NCBI RefSeq assembly: GCF_009914755.1
Contig: NC_060929.1
From: the human T2T-CHM13v2.0 reference genome, Homo sapiens
Strand: one strand, 5' to 3'
DNA length: 64,000 bases
A model generated the notes under the pieces. The model worked only from the letters and a program-made list of their open reading frames with translations. It did not search any database and had not been told where the DNA came from. Below are positions 39,256-53,547 of the stretch, in pieces; positions within the stretch are counted from its first letter, which is position 1, and the number at the start of each line of letters is the position of its first letter. Position numbers and translations under genes: made by a program.

Positions 39256-40649
39256 AAGTGTGAATCTCTTCTTATGAAGAAGCTGAAGCTCAAAGAGGCA
39301 AACTGCCTTGAACAGAGTGGTGAGTGCCAGCTCTGATACGTGTGCTGACCTATACATCACATTCACATTCCTGCCAAGGATGGGATATGTTGATTTTAAT
39401 TTAATTACAATTAATTAATTAACTAAATTACAGCACCAATCATATGAAATTTTTAACAAAGAATTGACAGCGATGGATAACTATTGATAACTAAAAGAAG
39501 TGAGACCACTCTTAGGAGTACAGGTGATACTGGAAAGGTGTATCATCTCCTTAATTCCAACTGGTGTAGGAGTGTATGTCTTTGTATGTTAGACTGAAAC
39601 ACACAGAGCATACATGCACACACATAAATGCACAAACCAATATGTATTAAAAAAAGTTAAAGACATACCAATCATGCTTTTGATTTGTTTCCATGTACCT
39701 CTGATTTAGCTGATGGCTCTTGGGTAACCTCTGGCCATCTTGAGTCCACCAACAGCATTGAGAAGTGAGAGTGGGCAGGGTTTCCTGGGCATTTTGCAGA
39801 AGGATGGATGTTTGCAATATTAGCATTGCTTTGGGGCAACAAAAATATGTCCAACTTGCCTTTACCATCTATCCCATCTATTCATCCAATTACTCACTTG
39901 TGAATATTTATTTAGAAATAATTTCTAGGCAGAATATCTTGCTAAGCATTGTAAGTCTACAGTGCTTTATAAGGTAAAGTTATTGCTTCTCAGATTTTAA
40001 ATCTGTATTTCATAGATATGGAAAGAAGCTCAGTGAGATGAAGTGAATTACTCAAATTAACACAGGCTTATATGTGATAGAAGGGGATGTATGAATCTAG
40101 GCATGTTGGATTCCTGTTCTCTTCATTTATCAAATATTTGTGGAGCACTTACATCCAAGGGGCTGTGTTAGGCTTGAGAGCAGAAGTGAGACAACAGAGA
40201 AGGTGCTGTCATGAAGCTCATAGTCTGTTCTGGACATCTTCCAGGAGCTCAGAAATAACCAAAGAAAGAGGGAAGAGGGACTGATTTTCTCATATTCTGT
40301 CTTTAGAAGAACAGGTCAACTTAGTGTACAAGCCAGAATCCCCTTGCATATGCAGTGCCCAAGGCTGTTACTCTTCTTCTGCCAACTGGATACTGGCACC
40401 ATTAACTGTTCGTTGGCTATAGAAGGGGCTTTTCTGGGCTAATTTATTAGCTCACAATAGCATCTGTGGCAGAAAGATGTTTTCTTGGCCTCTCCTTCCC
40501 CACCTCTCCTTAGGTGGCCAGGGAAGCAATGATCGCTTCCTTTGTGTGAAGACAAATTACAAGTGTGCCACTTTTGCACCCTTCGTAGGCCAGGCTTTCT
40601 GTCCTGTGTCGAGTGAGGTCGTCTACCTCACTGCAGATGGGTGCAAGAA

Positions 40650-40860
40650 GAGTACAGCTTAGTGATAAGGAAGAATATAAGTTAGACTGATGTGAGTTCA
40701 GGTTCTGACTCCACTGCTTACTAGCTACAAGTTATTGTTTCTTGACCTCAATTTTCTTCAGACTTTTATTAGGAATAATAAGAGTACCTACTTCAAAACG
40801 TTGTTTTGAAGATTTCATAAGATAATCTCTCAAGAGGGTTTAGCTCAGTTGTGTAACCTA
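40650..40860 (+). mobile_element. MIR relic
   Basis: gagttcaggttctgactccactgcttactagct ... ggaataataagagtacctacttca ... gttgttttgaagatt. Confidence 0.7.
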
Positions 40861-40995
40861 ATTGCTACAGATTTCTGGCATGATTTCAATGTTAAAATTT
40901 TACCACTCACCTATTTTTCCCTTTGTTAAGGGAACTATGTTCACAAATATCAATGGAAAACAAAATATAAATATCTGGTTTTTAAAATTACCTAG

Positions 40996-41957
40996 TGCAT
41001 TCATTTTCTACTGCTACTGTAACAAATTGCCATAAATGTAGTGGCCTACAGTCCACAAATTTATTCTGTTACCGTTTGGAGGTTAGAAGTTCAAAAAGCC
41101 TTTTAAGGGGTAAAATTAGTGTCAACAGGGCTGATTTTTTCTGGAGACTCCAGAGAAGAATCTGTCTTTACTTTTTCCCACTTTTGGGTTGCTGGCATTT
41201 GTTGGTTTATGGCTACATCACTCTACTTTCTGCCTTTGTGGCTGAAAAGCCTTTTTCTGTCTGACTTCTAGTCCTCCTGCCTCCCTCTTGGGTTCTTGTG
41301 ATTACATCGGGCACACCTGGATAATCCAGGGTTATCTCCCATCTCAAGATCTTTAATTTAATCACATCTGAAAAGTCCCTTTTAACCACATGTTGTTGAT
41401 TAAATTGTGTCTGCCAAAAAGATAAGCTGAAGTCCTAACCTCTGGTACCTATGAATGTGACCTTATTTGGAAATAGCATCTTTGTAGATGTAATAAAGTT
41501 AAAATGAGATTATACTGAATGGGCCTAATCCAATGCATGGTGTTCTAATAAGACAAGGAAAATTTGGACACAGACACACAGAGAGAGTAATGCCCTGTGA
41601 AGACACATAGACAGAAGCGACACACAGAGAGCAGCATGTGACAACAGAGCAAGAGATCTGAGTGATATGTCTACAAGCCAAGGAAAGCCAGGGATTGCCA
41701 GTAACCACCAGAAGCTAAGAGAGGGGCATGGAACAGATTCTCCCTCTGAGGCTGCCAAGAAGGAACCACCCTGGTGATGCACTGGTTGTCGATTTCTGGC
41801 CTCTGGAATAAATTTCTATTGTCTTAAGCCACCAGTTTATAAAAATGATTATAGTAGCCCTTGGAAACTAATATAACATGTAAGACAATATATTCACAGA
41901 TTCTGGGGATTAGAACATGGGCATCTTTGGGGAGCCACTGTCAGTGTACCTGCCACA
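40996..41957 (-). mobile_element. MLT1D-type LTR split by a nested MLT1C
   Basis: ctgtaacaaattgccataaa ... ctggataatccaggg ... aatcacatctgaaaagtccctttt | resumes catgtaag..atattcacagattctggggattagaacatggg. Confidence 0.85.
41391..41875 (+). mobile_element. MLT1C-type LTR (nested)
   Basis: tgttg..aattgtgtc..caaaaagata..tgaagtcctaacc ... acaagccaaggaaagccagggattgcc ... ggaaactaatata. Confidence 0.88.
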
Positions 41958-43189
41958 CATAGGCAGTGCTCTTTCCTCCCTCCCCAACTCTTCCCAAGTT
42001 CAGGGCTCTCTGGTAAGTAGTAACAAAGCATAAGCTATCATTCTGGAAGTAACAGTGAGGCTTTTGAAAACTCCACCCCCATTCTATTTGGTAGAACAAA
42101 CTTAGGGTCTAATTACTCCATCAAATCCATGTAGGAGGGGCTGGCAATAATATGAGTGGCAGAGAGCTAGGCCTGGGAAGCAGGCCGTGCGCATCCCCCC
42201 AGGCCCTTATTTCATGGGATATGCCTCTGGAAGGGTGGAGCGTAGAACTCTATTTTTAACACACAGCACTCTCACACCCAACTTAAAAAGATGGCCTGAG
42301 AATGTCTCATGCTCTACTCAATTCATTTAATAACAGCACCTCTTTCTGGAAAAAGAGTAAGAGGATGGAAGAAAAGAGTTTACAAACTTTCTGTGTAGCA
42401 AGCCCCTCACCTATTGGCAGAAGGGAAAATGACATGCTATTCCCTATGAACTGACTTGGAATCATATAGCAAAGAGAATAGTTTAATACCATCCCTTAAT
42501 AGTATTAAACAAACAATAAATATCAATTAATATTGATATTATTATCATTAACAGCTGTATTCTGTTTTTCCCTATATACTGAATGCTTGACTAGCCTTCG
42601 TATTCAATGAATATTTTCTCCCTGTTAATTTGAGAAAGATGTATATGACTTGGTTGATAAGTATCCTGGTGATGGAAAATATCCCTCAATCATCATTTGT
42701 GCAGATATCTCTTTTTCTGGGTCACAGGGATACTAAAACTATGATACATCTGAGTTGGCATATGTCGACATGCTTTGGAAAGTGAAAAGCAGAAATATAT
42801 AATTATAAAGGAAAATTGAACAGGCAAAACCAGTAGGTCTGTTCATTTCTCCCTCTTCATTGAGAAGCCAGAACAGAGAATTTGGGCTCATGGCATGTTG
42901 GGAGTGTTCTATTATGGATCTGACTGTGGTAGAGAGGTGGCAGGTTTGCTTGGTGGGGAAATTTACCTAGAAATAAATGTTAAGGTGCCTTCCTGGTCCC
43001 TGGATTTCATCTACACAGGTGAACACAGATTATTTCACTTCCGAACTACTCCCCACTTTAGCAGGTGCAGAGCTGGCAAGAATACAGAGTGCTATCTGTG
43101 ATGTCAGACTTTGGCTTCCATTCTATCTTGAAAGGAATTAAGACACATCTTTCCCATGTCATATGTAAAGTTCAGAAATGAATACTAAT

Positions 43190-43380
43190 AGTAATACTAA
43201 TATTTAGTTAACACTTATTGAGTGCATTAGGATAACAGGTACTTTCTTAAGCACTTTATACACTATTATTTTCCTCATAGGGAGACTGAACTTAAGTAAT
43301 TTGCCCAGGATCACAGCTATGAAAGCCAGAATTTGAACCACAACTTTCTAACTCCAAAGGCTAAGCTTTAAATCATCTTA
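43190..43380 (-). mobile_element. MIR relic
   Basis: taacacttattgagtg ... ttaagtaatttgcccaggatcacagcta ... gaatttgaacc. Confidence 0.75.
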
Positions 43381-43669
43381 TTATAATTACTTGTGTAAAT
43401 TAACAATCCATGTTAAATCAAACCCATTTTGCTTTGTTACTACCTCGGTAAATTCTAGTATGAAAATTACAGTAAAGTCAAGGGAATGTTTAAGCATGGT
43501 TTCCTACAAACCATATTTTGCTGGAGATTGGATTGAATTCAGGCCAATGAGAATGTTGTGAGCTTTAAAGACTTTTCTAGGACCCTGCAATGTTTGGCAA
43601 ATTACTTTCCTGGATACCTTGATCCCTGCTGTCACAGCGTGCATCTCATTCCTCTTGTTTTCTCTTCAG

Positions 43670-43795
43670 TAGAGATGGAGACCTGCCAGTAACTATTTCT
43701 GTAAAATAAACCTTTATTGTGCTTGAAGACTCTTCTTTAGACCCCTGTCTTAGTTTTGTTTCTCTGTAACACATGAGAAGCCTTATCCTGCTAAG
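43670..43795 (+). ncRNA. Candidate spliced non-coding exon (126 bp)
   Basis: Acceptor tctcattcctcttgttttctcttcag|, donor AAG|gtgagg; stops in all frames. Confidence 0.35.
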
Positions 43796-45561
43796 GTGAG
43801 GACTTAGATTCTCTGCTTTGCACAGCTCACCAGATAGCTCTGAACTTGTAGCTCCAGGGCCAAACATTCTAGCAAGCCTTAGAATGCGGGAAGCTGCTTC
43901 CCTGATGATGCTGGTTTGGTTGGGCTTTTGTTGGCAAACAGCTATGTTTTTCAGAAAATTGATTGGAATTGCAGAAGGGATTAGTGGGAATCTCCAGTAG
44001 AATGACCAGAAAGACCCAAGACAGTAGGGCTCTCTGGGCAGGCTGTGAGTTTTATCTTTCCCAAGTAGCTATTTTAAAACCATTGGTGATACTAAGCCCC
44101 ATTGGAAATCCTAGTTAATTTTGAGTTTCCAATGGAGTGGATGAAAAACAAAGCCATCAACTATTTATAGAACAGATTTGCTGAAAAGTAGAAGCACTAT
44201 TGATATGCTTTTTAATTCTGGTGACATACTGAGGCTTGTTGTTAAGTACCCTGTAAAGAAGGCTATTTGTATTAGCAAATGATATGACTATCCTAGCCCC
44301 TGCGCCTGACTACCGAAGGACTTATTTAGATAACCAGGAAGCACCCTGAGAATTCCCAAAGTGATTTCAGCCTAATGAAAGGCAGCCCACAGCAAGCACA
44401 CAGTGTTTTAGTTTGGACAAAGGCTGTTCTAGCCCTAAGCAGTGGCTGAGCGGCAATGATTTATGTTTTCCCATCATGAGGCACAGTTAGTTAGTTCCTT
44501 ACTTTGTCTCAAATTTATTGTGGCTGAAGGATGTTAGTTTGTTACAATTTAACACAAAGGAAAAGAAAAGTCCTTAAAGGTCAGAGAGTTATTTATAATT
44601 TGAACTGAGCAAATAATTTAAAAATATTTAAAAATAACTCAATGGCAGGGTGTCTTTTGAATGCTTTACCAATGATCTGTTCTAGAAATGTCCATATATA
44701 AGTGACAGGTTTTCTCTACTAGTTGTCAAAAGGCAAGATTTTCCCCTTCCTTATTATTCTGTGGTCGAGATGCACCGGTTATGGTTTATCTCATTTCGTA
44801 ATAACATTTACATCACATTTGTGAAAATAACGAAGTTGGCACCTGCTTCACAAACCTTGGCCAACGGCACTCATTCACAGCAACGAATGGAGAAGCAAGT
44901 ATGGTGTGATGGAAGACAGAAAGTTAAAGCTACTGAAAAATGGAAAAGGCTGAAGATTCAGACAGTGGAGATTCCAACTAAGTCGGTGATATGCCAATCT
45001 ATGCAAGCTTCTGCTGGGGTATTTTCTTCAGCTGCTGCCAGCCTCTGTATGAAACTGTAAGGCAGAGAAACTCATTGGTCATTCTCAGTTTATCTTTCCA
45101 GGATTTGGAGATCAAAATTATCTTATTCCTGATCCACTTCCAATACAGGGCACCAGGACAGGATTTTTAGCTGATCTTTAAAGGTGGAACTTGGTTCCCT
45201 TGGCCCTGGGATGAGAGGAACAAACAAGAAGAAGGCTTTTAATGAAGCTGGTGGAGGGCTCTTGAGTAGGCATTACATGGTAAAGTTCATGCCTTTGATA
45301 GGAGGGATGTGGGCGAGGGGAGTAGGAAAAATTATGTGTGTAGCCTTATCAGAGTCTCAGAAGTTTTCATCTTTTTTTAAAAAAATTCCTGTTTTTTTTT
45401 TTTTTTTTAAACTATGTCATCAACTAAATTTTAGGTTGAAAATGTTAGAAGAGATAAGGCAGAAAACAGCTTCACTTAGGGTTTCTTTAGAAACTTATCA
45501 CTTAAACTCATTAAATTCATGCTTAACATAAAGTAAAAGTTTGGGGGTTTGAGTGACTGTA

Positions 45562-45706
45562 TTTTTTTTTTTGATTTGAAAAAACTTAGGTTCAGGAGTA
45601 AATGTTCTGGTTGGTTATATAGGTAAATTGCAATATAATGGGGGTTTAGCGTACATATTATTTTGTCCCTGTGTAATAAGCATAGTACCTGATAGATAGT
45701 TTTTCT
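45562..45706 (-). mobile_element. Old L1PA15/16-type 3' terminal fragment
   Basis: taggttcaggagta..atgt ... ttatataggtaaattgc ... taataagcatagtacctgatagatagtttttc. Confidence 0.8.
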
Positions 45707-46337
45707 TGTTTTCTTTTTTTAATTATGTTTTATTTTACTTTTAAGTTCTGGGATACATGTGTAGAATGTGCAGGTTTGTTACATAGGTATACATGTGCCG
45801 TGGTAGTTTGCTGCACCCATCAACCTTTCATCTAGGTTTTAAGCCCCACATGCATTAAGTATTTCCTAATGCTTTCCCTCTCCTTGCCTCCCACCCCCTC
45901 ACAGGCCCTGGTGTGTGTTGTTTCCCTCCCTGTGTCCATGTGTTCTCTTTGTTCAACTCCCTCTTATGAGTGAGAATGTGCAGTGTTTGGTTTTCTGTTC
46001 CTGTGTTAGTTTGCTGAGAATGATGGCTTCCAGCTTCAACCATGTCCCTGCAAAGGACATGATCTCATTCTTTTTTATGGCTGCATAGTATTCCATGGTG
46101 TGTATGTGCTACATTTTCTTTATCCAGTCTATCATTGATAGGCATTTGGATTGTTCCAAGTATTTGCTATTGTAAATAGTGCTGCAATAAACATACGTGT
46201 GCATGTGTCTTTATAGTAGAAGGATTTATAATCCTTTGGATATATACCCAGTAATGGGATTGCTGGGCCAAATGGTATTTCTGGTCCTAGATCCTTGAGT
46301 AATGGCCACATTGTCTTCCACAATGGTTGATCTAAAT
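45707..46337 (-). mobile_element. L1PA8-like 3' fragment
   Basis: ctaggttttaagccccacatgcatt diagnostic 3' UTR; ORF 46132-46323 (EIPFGPAIPLLGIYPKDYKSFYYKDTCTRMFIAALFTIA) is the ORF2 C-terminus. Confidence 0.93.
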
Positions 46338-46587
46338 TGACTGCATATTTTTAAGAGACGTTATTAAGATCTCAATTACTTTCTAATTGTTGCTCTTCTG
46401 CACATTGTTTAACTGGGAAAAAAGCACAAAGCCAGGAGCAGAAGGACTGGTATTTGAATAATCCTTGTAAATAATCACTGGCTCTGCAAACTCCTGGCAA
46501 AGAGAATTCTCACTGGGACTCCATTTTGAATACTATAACTTGGTGGAATTACAAAGCCTAGCTCCACAGTTACGGTTTAAGCACTTA

Positions 46588-46631
46588 TGCACAGTCAGAT
46601 TGCACTGAGTGTACAGTCAGATTGCATTGAG
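46588..46631. repeat. Tandem duplication, 2 x 22 bp
   Basis: tgcacagtcagattgcactgag / tgtacagtcagattgcattgag (20/22). Confidence 0.9.
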
Positions 46632-46839
46632 AATAAATTTTCACACAAGTATATTTATGTATAACTATAAAACCTTCTTGTTTCCAGAAAATACATTAGA
46701 AATGAGTCTTTGGCTCATTTGTTACATTAATTCCCCAAATTTTCACCCTGATCTGTGTAAGTCTACCATGATGACTGGGTTAAACAGACACAGTACTTTG
46801 GTAAAAAATGTCTTGAAGGTAGAGGTATATCAATTATAT

Positions 46840-47316
46840 CACTCACTCTCAGAGCTTCCCAAGGCATTTAGAATAAATCCACATATGTTACCTTGGCCTA
46901 CTGGGCTCTTTGAGATATCGCTCCTGCCTGTGACTCCAACTTTATATGATTATCCTCTTTGCTCCCTATACTCCTGTTATTATCACCTCCTTTCTTTTAT
47001 TCTAGTGTCCCTTCCAACCGTCTTTACATTTCATGTTCCTTATTCCTCCCCCAGACCTTCAAATGTCTCCCACTTTCTTAACTTCAGGTCAAATGCCACC
47101 TTTTCAGAGAGGCCATCCCAGGCCACTTTACATAGTATCATGCTCTCTATTGTGTCACATTTTTGTGACTCACTTATTACCAGTCTATTGTCTATCTTCC
47201 CTCATGAGAATAAATGCTTCATGAGGACTGAGTCCTTACTTCTCTTATTCACCCATATATCCCCAGTATCTAGCACATGTAAATGTTTAATTAATACTAC
47301 CAAATGGTTGAATGAA
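46840..47316 (+). mobile_element. L2 3' fragment
   Basis: gcttcccaaggcatttagaataaatcc ... ctcttattcacccatatatccccagtatctagcaca ... gttgaatgaa. Confidence 0.8.
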
Positions 47317-47629
47317 CTGGAAGTCAAGAGATCTATGTTCTGTTTCATCCTTTCCATCACTGAACAGAGTTAGTTCCTAGAACTGTATAGGCCTTAGCTT
47401 TATTTTTCATAAAATGAAAACAATTTGAAGCCGATTTCTGTGTTTTTACATGTCTTTAAGTTTTTACATTGGTTATGCTCCATTAAATTTTGTTTTGCTT
47501 TACAGGCATAAAAAACTTGCCACAAAAGCATATTATAGGTTGGAAACTTTATTTCAGATCCTCACATCTATACAAGTAGTTTCTACTGACTGAACCTTTG
47601 ACATAATTCTTGGGACACTTGTGTTATCC

Positions 47630-48360
47630 ATCACTCATTCAACACATATCCTATGAGAAATAGGCACAATATTTGGCTTTGGGGAAACAGCAATGAGCAA
47701 GACCATCTCTGCCCTCAAGGCTCTTATATTCTCAAGGAGAAGACAGCAATGAAAACAGGCAATTGCGGGCCAGACGCTGTGGCTCACGCCTGTAATCCCA
47801 GCACTTTGGGAGGCCGAGGTGGGCAGATCACCCGAGGTCAGGGTTCGAGACCAGCCTGGCCAACATTGTGAAACCCCATCTCTACTAAAAATACAAAAAA
47901 TTGGCTGGATGTGGTGGGAATTGCTTGAAAGCAGGAGGCAGAGTTTGCAGTGAGCCGAGATCATGCCACTGCACTCCAACCTGGGCAACGAGACCGAAAC
48001 TCTGTCTCAAAACAACAACAACAACAACAACAACAAAAGAAATGAAAACAGGCAATTGAAATATAGTCATAAGTACTATGGTGGGGGAGTTTTGTGAGAC
48101 TGCCACAGGCAGGGCATCTAATGCGAATATGAGATGCCATAGAGACTTCCTTGGTACTTTGACAGTTCAGATAGGACCAGAAGGGCATTGTTACTCAGGT
48201 GAGGGTGAGGAGGGGAAGGATGCTCCAGGAAGAGGCACTAGCATGTACTAAAGCCTCAATGGGACAGAAAGCATGACTTGCTTCAGTAACTTTGCAGTTA
48301 GAATGGCTGGATCAGAGGTTGCAAGGAGGAGATGACTGGGAAATGTGGCTAAGCTTTGCT
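47630..48360 (-). mobile_element. L2 fragment (host of Alu)
   Basis: cactcattcaacacatat ... ctctgccctcaagg ... tccaggaagaggcactagcatgtactaaagcc. Confidence 0.75.
47768..48040 (+). mobile_element. AluS (Sq-like) with right-arm deletion and (CAA)n tail
   Basis: 18-bp TSD aatgaaaacaggcaattg (47748-47765, 48041-48058); right arm jumps from gtggtggg to aattgcttgaa. Confidence 0.95.
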
Positions 48361-49185
48361 GTGCATGGGCTCTGGCAAAGAAAAGGGGAGGCTGTCCTAG
48401 CTTGTCTGGTTCTCTGGTCCTGAAGCAGGAGGCCTTGATTAGTGCCTTCTCAAACAAAAGGTCCAGAATAGGATACATTGTTTGGTTTATGCAGCTGTTA
48501 AATTATTTATTCTTCATGACACTAATATATTAAATCTATTTCTGTAGAAGATATAGAAAACATTAGTACTGCTTTGCTATTTCATTTGACTTTCATGATA
48601 ATGTCCTACCTGTATGTAACCTCATATGTAACTAGGATAATTTCTGAGGACTACTTGCAGGGAAGTTCTGGTTTTGTTTTTTCTTATGGACTATAGAAAC
48701 TAATACTAGATTGTACAGTGGATTTTCAAACGTGCCAAGTTCCAATAACAATCTTATGTGTATTCCAAAGTTGGACCTATTTTGCTATTTATTCTGGGCT
48801 TGTTCATTACTTCTGTGACATTTGGTCTTTATCCTCCTTGATCTGATGTGTCAAGTTCCTCAAGTTCTCAGCTCATGTTGTCATGGTACTAGGGGTTGAA
48901 TGATAGGCAATATACTGTTGGGAAAATAGCATTTCAGATATATATATTTTTTGCCTGAAGGTTTGATTATGTCTATAAACGCACAAAATAAGTTATCTTG
49001 TGCTAATTTGTAAATATTCTGCTAACTTGATACTTTGTTCTTAAGGCATCTAAATACAGCTCTGTTATAAGCTGAGTATTTGGGGGCTATCGTTCCCTAC
49101 CCTCTCAAATTCATATGTTAAAGTCCTAACCCCAAGTACCTTAGAATGTGACTATATTAAGATATAGTGTTTTTAGAAAGATAAG

Positions 49186-51351
<2,166 letters not shown>

Positions 51352-52039
51352 AAAGGTCATTAGGTTAAAATGAGGTCATTAGAGTGGGTCCTAATCCAAT
51401 ATGACTGGTGCCCCTACTAAGAGGAGATTAGGACTCAGGCATGCACAGAGGAAACATCATGTGAAGACAGAGAGGTCCTCAGAAGAAGCAACCTTGTTGA
51501 CACCTTGATCTCAGACTTTAGCCTCTAAGATTATGAGAAAACAAATTTCTGTTGGTTAAGCCATCTATTGTGTGGTATTTTTTATGGCTGCCCTAGCAAA
51601 TGAATACAGGTTTATACAAGATTTTTTAATCCATAAATTGAAGATTACACATAATTCATTCATTTACGAACTAGTCTAACATATCATTTGTTGACTTAGG
51701 GAAAAATGTTCACGTGTATTTTTCAGGAATGTATCATCAGTTTGCTTTCAAGAATATCAGCCCTCCACCCCCAACAATGCTACAAGACCCCCTTGAAGGG
51801 GAAGGAAATCAGGGACTATAAGAAGGATTAAAACAAAAACGATTCGTTAGTTATCTGGAATTGTGGTATTTATTATACTAACACTAGTCATTCATCATAT
51901 CTCCGTGGTCAGGATGGAGACTCCTGTGAGTTCAATGTACAATGCATACTCTGGAATGAATACAAAGGGTATAACTTACAAAAATCTCTGAGTACTTTCT
52001 TTTGAATAGTGGTCTTCAATAGTTTGTTGCTGCAGAATG

Positions 52040-52215
52040 AGCATCGATTTAAGAATCTGGAGAACCAGGTTCTGGTTTGAAGTCTGTCACTAGGTCTGTG
52101 AAACCTTGGCCACTCTACTTTTTCTCTGTGGATTGCAGAGTCCTCATCTGTGAGCTAAAGGAACTGGATTGGATTAAGTGACCTTGTAGATCCATTCTAT
52201 CCTTAAAAGTCAGTG
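52040..52215 (+). mobile_element. MIR relic
   Basis: ggttctggtttgaagtctgtcactag..tgtgaaaccttgg ... tcctcatctgt ... ggaactggattgga. Confidence 0.65.
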
Positions 52216-52518
52216 TAAGTATCCCCAGTGGATAAATTTGCTTGGGAAACATTTCACACCTGTAAGACTTCTGGGTGGGTTTAAAACAATCTATCTAGCC
52301 ACAAGTTAGATAAGTAAATATTCAGAAAAACTTAGTTCTGCTTCCCAATTTTCAAGGTGTCAGTGGAGGCATGATACCCTGTCATTTCTTCAATATTCCC
52401 CTTGTTATTTCGTTCATGTTTTCCTCTCCACGGTGTCGACATTGTATAGTATTATAAAATAGGTCTAGCCTCTGATTAATAGTATAAAAAGTGCTACATA
52501 CCCTCAGAACCCAAACAG

Positions 52519-52532
52519 GTTGTCATGGCAAC
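52519..52532. promoter_or_regulatory. RFX X-box-like palindrome
   Basis: GTTGTCATGGCAAC, one mismatch from GTTGCCATGGCAAC; motif match only. Confidence 0.4.
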
Positions 52533-53161
52533 TGATGACATTTTTATCCTTCAGAGTGCACTAAGAGTACATGGCCTGTGTGTTCCTGCAAAGTGTTTCA
52601 TGTTATTTTTGCAGTGGGAAAGATGGAACCACTAATGGTGTGAAAATAGGAAGTCATCCAACTCAAATCCTTACTTTATGGGCTTAGTTCAGGCAGGGAC
52701 AATGTCTTCTTAGTCACTGAATCCCTAAGGCTTGCATTAACATAGGCACTTACTGCATGATTTTTGCATAAAGGAATAAATACATTTCAGAATATCTTGC
52801 TGGTACATGACCTCCAGCATAAATGACTTAGCCAATTTAAATTTATCAAAGTTTTATTTATCACAATGCAGTAGATATTTGTCATTTTTGCTGATCAGCA
52901 TCTACTTATGCCTCAATTTTTTTCTGCTATATCACCCTCTCTCCAAATCTTAAGTGTGTTTTAGTTGAAGTTACTCTTTCCCAAGACACAATAATGAACA
53001 TTTGACTTGAGACTACCAATGAGAGCCTTGTATTCGTGTGTCTGCAGCAATTGGTTCAGAGCTAATTACACTGAGACACACTGCTGATGGAACTCAGACA
53101 CACACACTCCTTTTTAGCTGATCCTCATACAAATTTTGATTGGTCTGAAGCTATTGGCAAT

Positions 53162-53547
53162 GGTCTTAGTCTGTTTTGGGCTACTATAACAGAACACCTG
53201 AGACTGAGTAATTCATAAAGAATAGAAATGTATTTTCTCAGAGTTCTTGAGCCTGGGAAGTCCAAGAGCAAAGGTCCCATCTGATGAGGGCCTTCTTGCT
53301 GTGCCCTACTATGCAGCAAGGTGAGAGGGTGAGAGAGCGGAAACAAGAGGGAGCCAATCTCGTCCTTTTGTAAGAAACCAACTCCCATGATAATGAACCC
53401 ACTTCTGTAATAAAGGCATTAATCCACACATGAGGATAGTGCCCCCATGAACCAAGCACCTCCCATTAGGCGCCATCTCCCAACATATAACACTGAAGAT
53501 CAAGTTCCCAACACATGCTCTTCTGGGAACACATTTGAACCATAGCA
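53162..53547 (-). mobile_element. MST (B2/C/D-type) solo LTR, inside an older MLT1-like relic (about 52860-53745)
   Basis: gtcttagtctgttttgggctactataacaga..cctgagactgagtaatt ... ggcattaatcca ... aaccatagca. Confidence 0.85.

Noticed and set aside
42481-42540. Two adjacent 9-bp inverted repeats
   Set aside because: Very AT-rich short arms, expected by chance or slippage.
44099-44135. 10-bp inverted repeat ccattggaaa/tttccaatgg
   Set aside because: Isolated, 17-nt spacer, no TSD or family match.
45080-45190. Other acceptor-like tracts (45101, 24356, 33464, 37017, 47505)
   Set aside because: No convincing paired donor; such tracts are common in AT-rich introns.
46609-47373. Longest ORF (254 aa)
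   Set aside because: Non-ATG start; runs sense through an L2 relic (LSELPKAFRINPHML echoes the L2 ORF2 C-terminus) and has no recognisable domain. Residual TE frame plus chance.
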